NCBI GenBank assembly: GCA_965153455.1
Contig: OZ234493.1
Coordinates: forward strand, 14,250,213-14,314,212
Origin: Sphagnum compactum
Taxonomy: Eukaryota
Direction: 5' to 3'
Length of the DNA stretch: 64,000 nt
In this document: piece after piece, positions 12,484-25,500 of the stretch
How the letters are laid out: the number at the start of each line of letters is the position of its first letter
Position numbering within the stretch: position 1 is the stretch's first letter
Translations under genes and position numbers: made by a program
The notes under the pieces: generated by a model
The model's input: only the letters and a program-made list of their open reading frames with translations
What the model was told of the DNA's origin: nothing
The model's database searches: none

Positions 12484-15089
12484 TCACAAGAGATCTGCAA
12501 CATTAGATGGCAGTTCCTCAATAACAGTGTTATAGAACCTCTGAATATCTTGAAGCATGCGCTCATCCTCCCTGGTTACAAAATTGATGGCCACCCCTTT
12601 ACGCCCAAACCGCCCACTGCGTCCAATACGATGCAGATAGTTCTCTGGCTGGGTTGGCAGGTCATAGTTGATGACCAAAGACACCTGCTGGACATCAATG
12701 CCACGAGCCAGCAGATCGGTTGTGATCAGCACACGCGATGATCCAGAGCGGAACTCCCTCATGATGATGTCACGTGTGTTCTGATCCATGTCTCCATGTG
12801 TTGCAGACACCGTGTGGTCCCGAGCTGTCCAACACAAGCATGAATTTAGGATTGAAATACAGCAACTTTCAATCCATACACAGTCTTCAGACAACATCAT
12901 AGTTAAACAAAATCTCCAATTGTACTTTGAGCCACTGGTGAAACTACTTTCTGCACAGGCCACAAAGGTGAAAAACAGCATTTGGAGCAATGGTGACTCA
13001 GTGGGTCAATAGGACTCATACCCCGCATCTTATCTGTCAGCCAGTCCACTTTACGCCGGGTATTGATAAAGATCACACTTTGGGTGATAGCCAATGTCTC
13101 ATACAGATCACACAAGGTGTCCAACTTCCACTCTTCCCGATCAACATTCACATAGAATTGCTTGATACCCTCCAGTGTCAGCTCGTCTCTCTTCACCAGA
13201 ATCTTGACTGGCTTGTTCATGAACTTCCTTGTGATCTCAAGTGCTTCAGGTGGCATTGTTGCAGAGAACACACCCACTTGCAGCTTTGGTGGAAGAAGCT
13301 GAAAAATGTCATAAATCTGTACTCATTGCACAACATTTTCAGATCAATAAAACTGCAAGTTCACCTTCTGAAATTTTCACAGTTCTCTGGCAGAACTCAG
13401 TGCAGCAAGACATCTCGAAAAAAGATATCACAGTAGTGTCCACTGCAATGTGCACTTCAGAGATCATATGATCCAGTAAAAACATAAAGCAGAATAAAAT
13501 TCAATCTCTTGATGCCACAAAAAAAACGGATTTCAAAAAATGAGGGGAAAAAACCATTCAGAGACTGGGACAAAGCGATACAAACCTGGTCCTTGAAGCC
13601 ACGGGACAGCATCTCATCGGCCTCATCAAGAACAAAGCACTTGATGGCATCAGCACGCAAGGCATTCCTGCGAAGCATATCATACACACGTCCAGGGGTT
13701 CCCACCACTACATGGACACCACTCTGCAGTATTCTCTGGTCCTCCCTCACACTAGTTCCTCCTACACAGGCATGGACCTTCACCTGGAGGTAATCACCCA
13801 ATGCCCGCATCACCTTCTCAATTTGCTGGGCCAGCTCACGAGTGGGAGCCAGCACCAGGGCCTGGCACTCCAGCAGGCTGTAATCCAGTTGTTGGAGAAT
13901 GCCAGAGCAGAAAGTGGCAGTCTTGCCTGTGCCCGACTGTGCTTGCTGGATGACATCCAGACCCTGTGTAAATGGCACAATACCACGTTGCTGGATGGCT
14001 GAAGGCTTCTCAAAACCTGTTCAAACAAGTTGCCAGAACAGAAGGAAAAGAATTAGCAAATGAGTACCTATAACTCTCATGTGAACTTCATGAGGTAGGG
14101 TTTGCCAATTGAGATTCATGTAAAAACCCTCTCAACATTCAGCTGTAAACCATGGACCTGATGGTTCTCACTTATGTGCACTATGACGATAGAAAAGACC
14201 CCACAAAATTGCAGGTCCTGCAAAACAAACAGTGTTCCCTCTAATAGACACAGACCACACACGCTATCAAAGACACAAAGCTATCAATCCAACCATTTTA
14301 CCAACTGACATGTATATATCCTGCACAACATAACCAAGAAATTTGGAACCAGTCATTCAACTGCTGGAGAAAGTCCCATACCATATGCATAGATGCCTCT
14401 GAGAAGATTCTCATGTAGGCCCATGACATCAAAAGTCTCATGGACCTCATCCCATGTGGAGATGAAATCATCACCTTCACCATTCAAGCTGCCAAAAGAA
14501 GAAAAGAAGTGCATTAAGCACACTTGGGAATCTCCAGGAACAGTAGGGAACATCACAAAACTTCGACACCAAGAGAAGGAACTATCAGAAATCGGTGTTT
14601 CATCTGCATTCCTTTCCTTGAGTAATAATTCTTTTCTTTAGCTAATGAGCCATGCTGCACCCTCTCAGACTGTCTCACTTATCTAGAACTGACCATCTTC
14701 TACAATAACACCATGCAAGGCACATAAATTGCACAATGCGCATTACAAAGCAGTTCTTCATCATGTGACAGTCTGACAACAAAGTAGATGACTCTGCAAA
14801 TGTCGCATTTCAAAGGCAAGAGTAGGAAAACCACCATGCAGAATGAATGTCAGAACATACAGTACATAAAACTCTGCAGACTGCCATCTCTGGAGCACTT
14901 TTATCCCTCGAGATTTGTACACAACAATGAGTCTAGCTTCTTGTGAAAGGTAAGTCAAGCTTTCGAGGTGGGGGCAGAAAGAGAAAAAACATGAGGGACA
15001 GCAAGAAAGAGCTGCACATACATGCTGTCCATCTTGGCGTCATACTGGCGAGCATCGAACTGGGTACCTTCAGGTGCAGATCCTGCCAT
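12484..15089 (-). CDS. eIF4A: Eukaryotic translation initiation factor 4A (DEAD-box RNA helicase)
   Basis: Exons 15089-15022 ([17 protein letters not shown]), 14488-14382 (LLRGIYAYG), 14016-13586 ([23 protein letters not shown]), 13316-13022 (SAT) and 12824-12484 ([21 protein letters not shown]). A likely 5'UTR intron runs from about 15854 to 15103/15106 (NAGNAG acceptor). Confidence 0.97.
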
Positions 15090-18000
15090 ACTCTTTTTTC
15101 AACTGCTGCACAACGATTACCAGTCACCACTTAGTCAATAGAAACTAGAAACCTCGCCTCACACCTCTTCCAGCTCTACTTGCCAAATTGAAGTTCTACA
15201 ATACACTCAAGCACATTGCAAAACATCGCGTTTGGAAAAACAACATGACGTCATGAATAGCTATCTCCAGAGCTTACTGGAAGAGCTCTCTAAAACGGTC
15301 AACTAGTTATATTCCGATCTACTACCATACGCAACTCCCTTGGCGTCTGTGTCAAAGTGTCTTTTGTCCATAACTCATGAGAATATTTCAGACATGATGC
15401 AAGGTACAGAGACTGAGAGTCATAGGCGCTTCTCGACACCAGGAGAAACCGCTGAAGGTCGCACGAGTAGCAACAACGAAGGAAGCACACTTACGATCAC
15501 AAAACACATAGCTTCCTATTTCTCACTTCTTAGAGAGAAAAAAAAGTTCTTCATCGAGGAATCGGCGGCATATTTACAGAACCCCAGGAGCGTCAACCAA
15601 GACGAATCTCTCAATGCAGATCGTACATCTAACCTCAAGAAAACAAACCAAAACTATTGAAAGACACACTGTATACATAAAAACAAACACAGACAGGCGC
15701 GTGCGCGCGGAGACACACGCACGGAGTAGCCGCCTTCGTTAACTCCTTGTTGAAAACCGTTTTACCCTAATTGCAAATCAGCGGCAAAAGACTACACGAA
15801 AAGACGAAAATCCAGCGAAAAGCAGCAGCAGCAGCGACAAAAGAGAAGACATACCGTTGGCGGAAAGGAGAGGGGTATGATGGATGGCGATGGAGAGCGT
15901 CGCGATGGTGGTGTTGCAGCAGCGGCGACTGTGCCTTGAGGCACAGAGAAACGAAGTGAGAGTTTGCTGCGCAACGGCGCCGCAGCTTTGGAGTCTGCGG
16001 CCGGCGGGCAGGGACGAGAAGGCGACTCACAGTCGGCGTCCGCTGGAAGGGACGAATGTCCCGCGGTCGAATGGATAACGGCGGAATGGGTGACAAAAAC
16101 AAACGCGGAGATTCCAACGTGTGTTGGGAACTAGACCTAGGTCGTGCACCGTTGGATGCGAAACGGATTTTGCAACCATCGACGGCCATTTGTCATCCAT
16201 CTCTCACTGATCGTTTTAGTTTCTTGTTTATAGCGAAAACAAATTCGTGTCTTGGCTAACTACTCAAACTTATTGTAGAAATCTGGCGATTTGAATTTTT
16301 TTATTTTTGAAATTTGGCGAATTTGAATCATTTTTCCTGTGAAAAATCCTTTGTATTGGTCGAAATCACATTTTTCACGTCGACTTTTTGCGAAAATTCG
16401 CCAACAAAATAAACACTGATTGGTTATTAATAGTCTCCCACTTACTACTCCCAATTTCAGTTTTATGCGCGGGGTTGGAAAAAGTTTAGGAACTAAAACT
16501 TGGATGTGAAAATTATTTTTTCATGGTCATACACTGAGTGTTGGTGCAGATGCTCATCCTCAGCTTTGCTGAGAATGTGACCCTGCATATTGAAATTCGA
16601 CGAAGAAAACTCAAAACATGCCGGTTTGGCACTGGAAAATAGTTTTGCTATTACATATTAGCACAGTTAGTTTGCTGAGGCTTATAAAAAAAAAAGGCGC
16701 AGCACAGCTGTGCACCTGCTAGAGAAGAGTGTAATAAATATGATCTGACCGCTGTTGCCTGATTCTAATTGGCCAATCGTAATGATTGGTCCAGGTGGTT
16801 TGGTATTACCTAGTATCCCTCCCCTTCCTTTTCATTGTTTTTTCTTGTTTTTCTTGTATACATGGTATTATATGGTTTTCAATAATTGATCATTATTTAT
16901 GTCAAATCTTTCATGTGAGAAGAAAAAAATTTAAATATATAAGCTTGAATAAAAAAAGATAATTTATTAAAATATTTCAACATACATAACATCATCATAA
17001 ATTTAGCATGTGTCAAATGTGTTTTTAATGCACAATATTAATGGGTGAAACATACGAATTATGAATGAACAGATTTTTTATTATTAAATCGTGAGATATT
17101 AAGTTTGTGATGATAAATATGAAAAGGCACATTTTAATTTTAATTTTAATTTGTATATCTAGATGAAATATCAAGTCAAATATCTCAAATTGTGATTATA
17201 TCATGTTCGTTGGATTTTAAAATTAAGAGATTTTACCATACAATATCTTAATTTAAATCCAGATTTAAAAAAATTGAAATTCAAACAAAATATCAATTTC
17301 CTACTCACATTCAAATATTAAATAAAGGTAGTTAGGTTTGAAATTTTTTTAAAGGCTTACAATTTGAAGTGACTTTTGTATTTTCAAATCTTAATCATTG
17401 CGATTTTAGCCTCATTCTAGAAATATGAAAGGGTCCAACCTTAACATTTTATTTTTATTCTTATTGCATCTATGTTATGTTCATGTGTTTTTTTTAAAAC
17501 CATTGTGTCAAGAGTGTGAAAGTAAGTTTGAACAAAATGAGTTTGTGGACATTTCATTTTCATCTTTTTTACATAGATTATTGACAATAAATTTGAATAT
17601 TCAATGGATATTATTTTTGCAAGATATCCAAAAATAAGAGATTCAACTTTCTTTTTTTAAAATTTTGATATCCATGTCAAACCAAAGTGGTAAAAGGTCC
17701 TTCATTGAAGGAAGGCTTGCAAGAAATATGTCAAAGAAGGCAAGTGTTACATCTTGTTTCACTTGTGCAAGTTCGCATAATCATTGTGAATGAAATCAAA
17801 ATAACTCAATAACATATATCATGTGTGAAGAAGAAAATGATCAACTGTGAAAAAATTCATGATCAATTAAAAGATGTGGAAAGAAGTGCATTTATTCAAT
17901 AAGAAAATGAATAACATTAGACATCAGATCATTTCCATAACATGCTAATGAAATCAACAAACCTCACCCATTTCCATAACATGAAAGGTCTTTTAGAAAA

Positions 18001-21000
18001 ACTAAAGATAAGAATAAAAAGTTTTACCATTTTATTATGATAAATGTTTGACTTGGTTGAACTTAAACTTGAATTCATCAATCATTAATGACTTTGTTGC
18101 TCGCTTTGTTGTGGTGGAATAATCATTTGTCAACATTAACACACATTTTTGCATGTTACTTCAAAAACTTAACTATGATTATCACATTTTCTTGTAATTG
18201 ATCCTCAAAATGGGATAAGGTTATTGGAACAATAAAAAATTGATCGGAATATAAGTGTTTTTGCATCAAATGGTAACTTACCTTTTAATTTTCTAAACAC
18301 ATTGCACCAAAAAAAATTATCTTTTATTACAAGGATTTCAAAACATTCACCAAACAAATAATTTTTTTTTCCTTCCTCCCTATCTTCTTCAAGTCCTTTT
18401 TTTTCCCTCCTTGTTCAAAAACAAAACTAAATTTAGAAAATCATTGAAGCTTGAAAGACGGGTGGCGATAATAAAAAAAAGGTGTTGATGGCTACTTAGC
18501 ACCCCTCGAACACCAAAAACAATCAATGAACACTATAACAAAATGAACAAAAAAAACAATGGTTTACTTTAAGAACACATTGCTACATAAGAGAGAAAAA
18601 ACAAGGGTAAAAATTAAAAAAAAAAGTTGAAAAATAAGGGGGGGGGGGAGGAGAGAGGAAAGGGAACAAAAAAGCAAAATCAAGACATCCCAACATCAAG
18701 ACCATGTCGCTTGGGGTGAGTCTTTGTTTTTTTTTGTTTTTTTTCCTCCATGCTCACTTAATCCCAACAATCAGTCCTAACACCCCTCCCTCCTACCCAC
18801 CCTCTCTTTCCTACATTCTAGCCAACCTTTTTTACTTACCTATCCCTACATTCCCCCCTTTCAGTTTTTCTTGTTTTTTCTTGTTCTTCTTTTTTCTTCT
18901 TGAAAGGTTGTTTTATTGTTCTTCCTTTTTTTTTGAGAAATTATTTTATTGCTCCTTTTTTTTCTTGAGCACTTGTTTTCTTGTTTTTTTTTTTTCGGGG
19001 GGCTTTTCAGTTTTTTTTTTTTCATTTTTGTTTCTTTTTTTTGTTTTTTTAAGTACTAAAAAATTTCAAATTTCCTAAATGTTTGTTCTTGCAAAAGTAG
19101 TTTTATGTGTGTCTTACCACACTTGGTCATGTTCATCTTGAGTTATGTTACTAAACATTGGGTATATTGTTGTGACCAATGGTGACACAAATGTTGTCAA
19201 GATGGGTAGTGTATCATGAGCTTATGCTCACAACCAAGGAATATGTGTTAGTTACGTATACAAATCAAGTAATCTTGAGGAGGTAAAATGTTTGATTTGA
19301 ACCTTTTCCCTCTTCTTATTATCATAACCTTAAACCAAACCCTTTTCTCTTCATTTCAAATTTCCAAAAATAAGAATGGGGCAATGTGATTTTGCAATTT
19401 CAAGCAAAGCATTTCATTGAGAATGTGGAATTAACATGCATGCACATGGTGAAAGACCCATTGGAAAAAAAGTAAGGCATGATGACAATTCAACCCTTTG
19501 TAGGATAGGTGAAAGTCAAATCAATGTTAAACATTTTGTAATGAAAGTGAAACTAAGAAGGATTAATGTAATGGAAGATATTAGAATCGATTAGTTGAAT
19601 GCATGTTGTTGAAGCACATCTAGAGGTGATACATGTCAGAGATCTATTGATGGGGGGAGCCTATAGGTATATGTACATGCACATTGTGCTAAGGTTTTTA
19701 CACCCAATATTGCTTATTAAGAACTTAACATCACTTGCCTTGATGCACTTGCTTGTGCTTGTTAATTGTTGCAATGTAATCTTGTATGTACATGTTTATT
19801 TGTTGGAAACGCAAATGTGTGAATTTTTTTTGTTGGCAATGTTACAATTGTTGTGCATGTTTCTTTGTTTATAATTAGCAAAATATCAAACCCCCATAAT
19901 CCATGATTTGTTTCTAAAACTACCATCCAAGATTTGTTTCAATGTTTCTAACACAATGCACACGTGGTCTATGGCTAGGTACTAGATATTTTCCTTTCAA
20001 AATGGAGGTACTAAAGAGCTTAAAAATTCATTACAATTGTAAACAATGGCAATGACAATCGTGTTGGTGCTTGGTTATTTTCTAATTATTGCATTGATTG
20101 ATGTTTTTAACACTAAGGCGTTTGGCTTATGGTAACTTATGGATGAAGGCATCAATTGTTTTTAGTTAAAGGTGTTTCCTTCTTGACATGCCCAAAATCT
20201 TTCTATGGATATCAATGTGATTCCAAGCAGTAACATGATGAAGTTGTTTTCTAATCCTCCCATCATGTGGTTGAAAGCCTTGTTGGTTCACTACAAATGT
20301 TTTTTTCTATCATTTTTCTCTAGTGCAACATTTGATATGTTTGTTTTCTTTTAATATTGAATTGGTGGTTAGGAGCCTACCTCAAATTTCACATGTAGCA
20401 CTATTGTGATTTGTTACACTTATACTTTGAGGAAAAAGAAATGTGATGTGACAAGCAAGAAATGCACAAGGAGTCTATGGACAACTTCTATTTGTTTACA
20501 ATTGACCACTCTCTACTCAAATGAAAGTATGAAAAGAAGGTGCAACACTTCTTGTCAAGTTTTTTGACATTACTTCCATATATTTTGATAGCAACAATCC
20601 TTGAATTTCAGACACAATACCCATCCAATGCAGGGATTTCTAACCTATATCTTATTCTATTTGAATATTTTGACGACTCATTCAAATGGAGCTAAATGGG
20701 GTGTGCATTTACAAACACCCCATTTACAATTGACTTTTCCATGTTGTTTGTTCCTTACATATCATCATAAGTTGAATTTCAAACCACAATGGACATGTCT
20801 AACAATTTTGGTCTATCTTTGTATTGCATGTGCCAAATGATGATTCATTTTTAAGAGTGACATGGGGCTTAAATTGTATTTGCAACTAACTTGCTATTTT
20901 TTTACTACTAGATATCATAGGCTAGTATTTTAAATTACAAAGAACATGATAGGCAATATTATGTCATCTTGGCCAAAAAAAATGGTGCAAATAGGAAAGC

Positions 21001-21437
21001 AAAAGAAGCCCCCTAGAGATTACAAAATGTTTATGAAATATCCTACAAACACTTGTACCTATAATTAGGACTTGTTTTGTTTTTTCATGTAAAAATCCAT
21101 TAGTGTGTGGTTAATAAGTTGATGTAAGGTTTTGGCAATCAATAAAACAAAAGACCTTTCTCTATGGAATAAAATGTAATCCCCCTGTTTGGGTATTTGT
21201 GATGGAACATGTAGAAACAAGTGTATCAAGGTGATTTAGTCTTTAAATAAATCTAGGGATGTTTCCAAAACCAGGTGTTGTTAGATGCAACACAAATAGA
21301 GGTTTTATGATGATAGAAAACTATGGCGAGAAGTTCTAAAAAATTTCCATTAACATCACCACAATGTCCATATGGTATCGTTATTCTTGTGGGTATTAAT
21401 GCACTACAACAAAAGGTGTCCCTGTACACCAAGTGAT

Positions 21438-21619
21438 TTCACTAGATTTTGAGTGAATTCACTGGTTATAGTGAATGAGGACCAGTGAAAAAGCAATGGT
21501 TATAATGAATGAGGACAAATGAAGAAGCAGTGATTATAGTGAATGAGGACCAATGAAGAAGCAGTGATTATAGTAAATGAGGACCAATGAAGAAGCAGTG
21601 AATTCAGTAGTCTAGTGAA
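21438..21619. repeat. 34 bp x 4 tandem array bracketed by imperfect inverted repeats of about 25 bp
   Basis: Unit 'ttatagtgaatgaggaccaatgaagaagcagtga' at 21466-21601. Left arm ttcactaga...tgaattcactg, right arm cagtgaattca...tctagtgaa. Confidence 0.8.
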
Positions 21620-22081
21620 TAGGGACTAGTGAACTGCACCCACATTTTGTAGCAGTGATGAGTAATGTGATTCCATCGTCATGCACCCCAATTGGAATTG
21701 GATTCCTGACTTCAAGCAGGAATCGAGACAGAGATATAGACCAGCAAAAGTGGTTGCTTGAGATGATGATGCTACTCTATATTGCCACAGGTAGTAGCAG
21801 TCACAATGTTAATATATGGAGGTTGCAGGGACCTCAGATGTTCAGGTTTTTCTACTCACAGGGGAGTTGAGTAGTCATGGTCTCCTTGCATCTCATCATC
21901 AATTTTCTCAGGGAATTGGTCTCTTTGTGCACTGCTGACTATATATATATTTGTTCTATCCAAGGCTTCGTTTCTGTTTCAGAGTTTAGGGTTTAGGGTT
22001 GGTTGGTCTCTTCTTCTGATCATACATACACAAGTGTAGGTTTCATAATTAATGTGGGCTTTTGATCATGTTTATGTGCAG

Positions 22082-25000
22082 GGAGATATGGTAGCCATAA
22101 GTCAAAAGAGCTCGTTTGATGATGAAGACAGTACTGTGATTGAGGGTGTTGTTATCGATCAAGCTTCCAGGTTCGTCACCTTTGCACCAAGTTTTCTTTT
22201 TCCTGTGCCTTTTAAGCAATTGACTCACATGAACTTCAGTGTCACCTATGCTTCATGAGCAATGGAATTTGGGCCATTGATTACTTTTGAACCAGCAGTC
22301 CCCCTCTCATCTCGGCCTGGTGTCTAATGGGTCAGTGCTGACTGTAAACTGGAAAATTCTTTGTACTGAGTGGCTTATTTTTGCAGCAGATTTCTTTTAA
22401 GCGTGAATAAAGATTCTTAAGAGTAGTAGTATCAGCAAGCCAGTCCAAAAATTTGAATTTGATGTCTAAGTAGTGCTTAGATCTTTTGGCCCATTGTGTC
22501 AATTATGATCGGTGCATGCTGGGGCCATTGATTGCCTCACTTGGCCTTTATCTTCAACAAGGATTCAAAGGCTTGAAAGAACAACCCTCTGGCAAGGTCC
22601 ACTGGAAAAACCTGCACATTAATGCATTTTAGTGCCTCCTTTTGTTGGAGTGTCCAAGCCCAGGTTCTTGCCTGCACTGATAGATAAGCACTTCAACAAG
22701 GACTTTATTCTGATTTCTATATTGTCTCACATGAGGTGAAATCATGAATTTCCAGTGTTATCTGCCACCAAATGGTGGCTCAGGTCAGGGTGGCAGTAGG
22801 GTGCAGGTCCAGATCTATGCACGACTAGTTGAGGATATTGTCTATGAAACCAGAGTATGGATTTTTCATGGATGTGTCAATTGTGAATGTGTGCATGGTG
22901 ATACGGTAACGTTGCAGTGGATATCTACTGGAAGGTTTACTGGACCAAGGTCTTTATGTTGTTTGAGTGGGTGTAAAGGTAATTCATGTTTTATACATTC
23001 CTCAAAACACATACACAGGAAGAACCCTCCAGGATGTCAACAGCTTTTCCCACTAAGAGATAATATCTGTTCAGATTAAGCTAATTCGTTTGAGGATCCA
23101 AATTTCTGAAGGTGGAAGAGGCACTGCAAGAGGTGACAATGGAGGCTCAAGTCATGGCACACCCACTTATGAAGAAGGCATTGCAATCTAGGGAAGCTGC
23201 TATATCTCAGAGGCAAGAGACCAGGCAAATCAACAACAGCAAAAGGCACATCAGCCGTGCCAAATAGGCAACTGCCATGTGGGAAGAAGCCGTGACCTGG
23301 AAGCTCAAGCTATCAAATCCATTCTGGACAGGTATGCTTTCTTTGGTTTTGTTTCACTTCAGGGAGAATCAGAGAAATTCTTGAAACGGAATGGGGTTAT
23401 TCAACCTTTCTTAATCAAACAGACACTTATGTATGAAAGGAAAATGTATTATTTGGTGGTTCCACAATAGTATTCAGAACATTCTCCCTGACTCTTTTGA
23501 CATTAGATATGAAGACTGTCAGGCATGTCTTATATGCTGGAGCCATGTTGGGCCAGACAAAGTCACTTTTGTTTGTTCTTGATGTGTATGATAAGAGTCA
23601 TGCTCATTGTGCCCACACAGACAGTGGAATATTTTTGGGCAAATGTTTTCATTGTTCTCCGTGTCTGGCTGGGGGGCCACATGTCTTGAATTTAGAGTGG
23701 GAATGAATGCAGCAACCTGTGAGGTATAAAATGTCCTGACCTGAGTAAATGAAGCCTCACCTGCAACCAAGAAAGGCTTCTTGATTGTGCACTTGAGAGG
23801 AAGCAGAGCTGAAACAAATGGACCAAAGTTCCAAATCTGGACTTAGTACAGGAAGTGTTGGACTTGGTTGTAACTTCAACCACTAAGTTGTTTTGTCATT
23901 GTTGTTTTCCTGCAGGCATGGTTGAAAACTTTTTGAAGTCTCATACAGGGCAGATGTGGTGACTGCAACATGTGTGAGGGCTGGAGATATGATTTTGGAT
24001 GGTCAGTGCTTACATCTCTGTGTGATTGATGAAGCTACACATGTGAGTTGCAACTCTATAACCCCACTCAAAGCTCCACCCTCCAATAGTCATTTCCCAA
24101 CGAGCTACAGAGGTGTCTTTCCAACTGCTCTGAAGCATCCCAGGTTAAATCCCTCTCACTCTTGAAATGGGTGAAGAAAGAAGCCACAACCGCAATGCCA
24201 GGGATTAGGAATGCTTGTCTAGCTCATTCCCATTTGTAGGGTTGCTATCATGAGAAGATAGCTTCTTGCATATTTTGGGCTGTGTACCACTGACCCAGGT
24301 TTCCTAAAATCATAGACCAACTATGATTTGTTTGGCCTTTTGTCATGAGAATCTACACCTGAAGATTTGTTTGCCACATGAACTGTCTCATTCTTGATCA
24401 TGCTGAGGAGGCAAAAGTTCAGTTCAATTTGTGAGAGGTGATGTGACCCCCCTTTTGAGTGTCATAGGCAGTTATATTTTAATGATGGGGTGAGTTTCTC
24501 TGTGTTGTATTTTTGGCAGGTGCTGAAGATAGTGCAACTGCTGCTTAGCTATCCTGATATTTACAGTGATATCAGTGTTATTTCTCCCTACAGTGCTCAG
24601 GTAACTCTAGCAGTATCTTGCCCTAGTCCTAGACTAATCCTCATGTTGGCATCTTCTCAAGCTCAACAATAGCACATTTGAAGTTTGTTGAGCCGAAATG
24701 CAGATGGAAATATTTTCAGGACCAAGTCTTCCCATTGCTTCACAAAATGTGAGAGAAACTCAGGATGCATATGTTTGTGTACTTATAGAACTGAAAATTT
24801 GAGCAGAGTGTTACATGCGGGTCTAAGCCCACTGTTGGGAGCTGATGAAGTAGTGAGGACTAATGGCAGCCTGTCCATGCCATTCATGGTGAAGGTGATA
24901 ATGGTCTGATATGAGTGATGCTCACAATGTTATGAACACTCCGAGTCTTTTTTTGTTCAATTTTTGATTTGCTAGAACTGAGACAATGGTTATGTTCAAA

Positions 25001-25500
25001 GTCTTAGTGTATACTTGTTTGCCTCAAATTGGAGCAGATTGTTACACTTACCTATGCCCACTGTTGGGAGTCATTAGGAAGTAATGGCAGGTAGCAGGTA
25101 GTTACTGCCATTTGTTAAGAGGGTGGTCTGATACCTTGTGAGTGACACTCACAAGATTTCTGAAGACATGCATCAAACCTCATGTTTAGTCTTAAGTCAT
25201 TAGTAGGAGAAGGAATAGAAGAGTGTTCCATGAATAATTTCAGAATGCTATAAACAGGTACAATTATACTGAGCAATTTTGTGTGCAGGTTATTGTGTTT
25301 GCACTGGTCAATGAAATGAGGAGAAGCAGTTGGGATTCATGACGGATCCATGTTGAATGAATACTGCAATTACATGAGCCAAGAGGGAGCTAACCATCGT
25401 TGGAATTGAGGCAACATTGAGCTCCAGTATTCATTGGAGGTCTTGGTTACGATATATGACGAAACAGCGACTAGTTGTCAACAGCAAGGTTCTTCTTTAA
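22082..25500 (+). pseudogene. Unprocessed pseudogene of a UPF1-like (DNA2/NAM7) superfamily 1 helicase
   Basis: Exon remnants with splice sites: GDMVAIS...EGVVID (22082-22170); a frameshifted Walker A, WQGP/TGKT, followed by QVLAC (about 22590-22680); ADVVTATC...CVIDEATH, motif II (23950-24043); ISVISPYSAQ (24521-24600); LGFMTDPC*MNTAIT*AKRELTIVG, motif VI with stops (25290-25500). Motifs III and V were not found. Confidence 0.85.

Noticed and set aside
16260-16420. MITE-like dispersed repeat upstream of eIF4A
   Set aside because: It looks repeat-like, but no second copy, TIR pair or TSD can be shown within this window.
19900-21400. Non-LTR retrotransposon RT remnant on the - strand (KQGD-like and DD-like words)
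   Set aside because: Too degenerate to support by eye. It needs a profile search.
25351-25380. U-to-C RNA editing or stop readthrough rescuing the helicase TGA codons
   Set aside because: The locus is nuclear and also has frameshifts and missing exons. CpG deamination explains the stops more simply.
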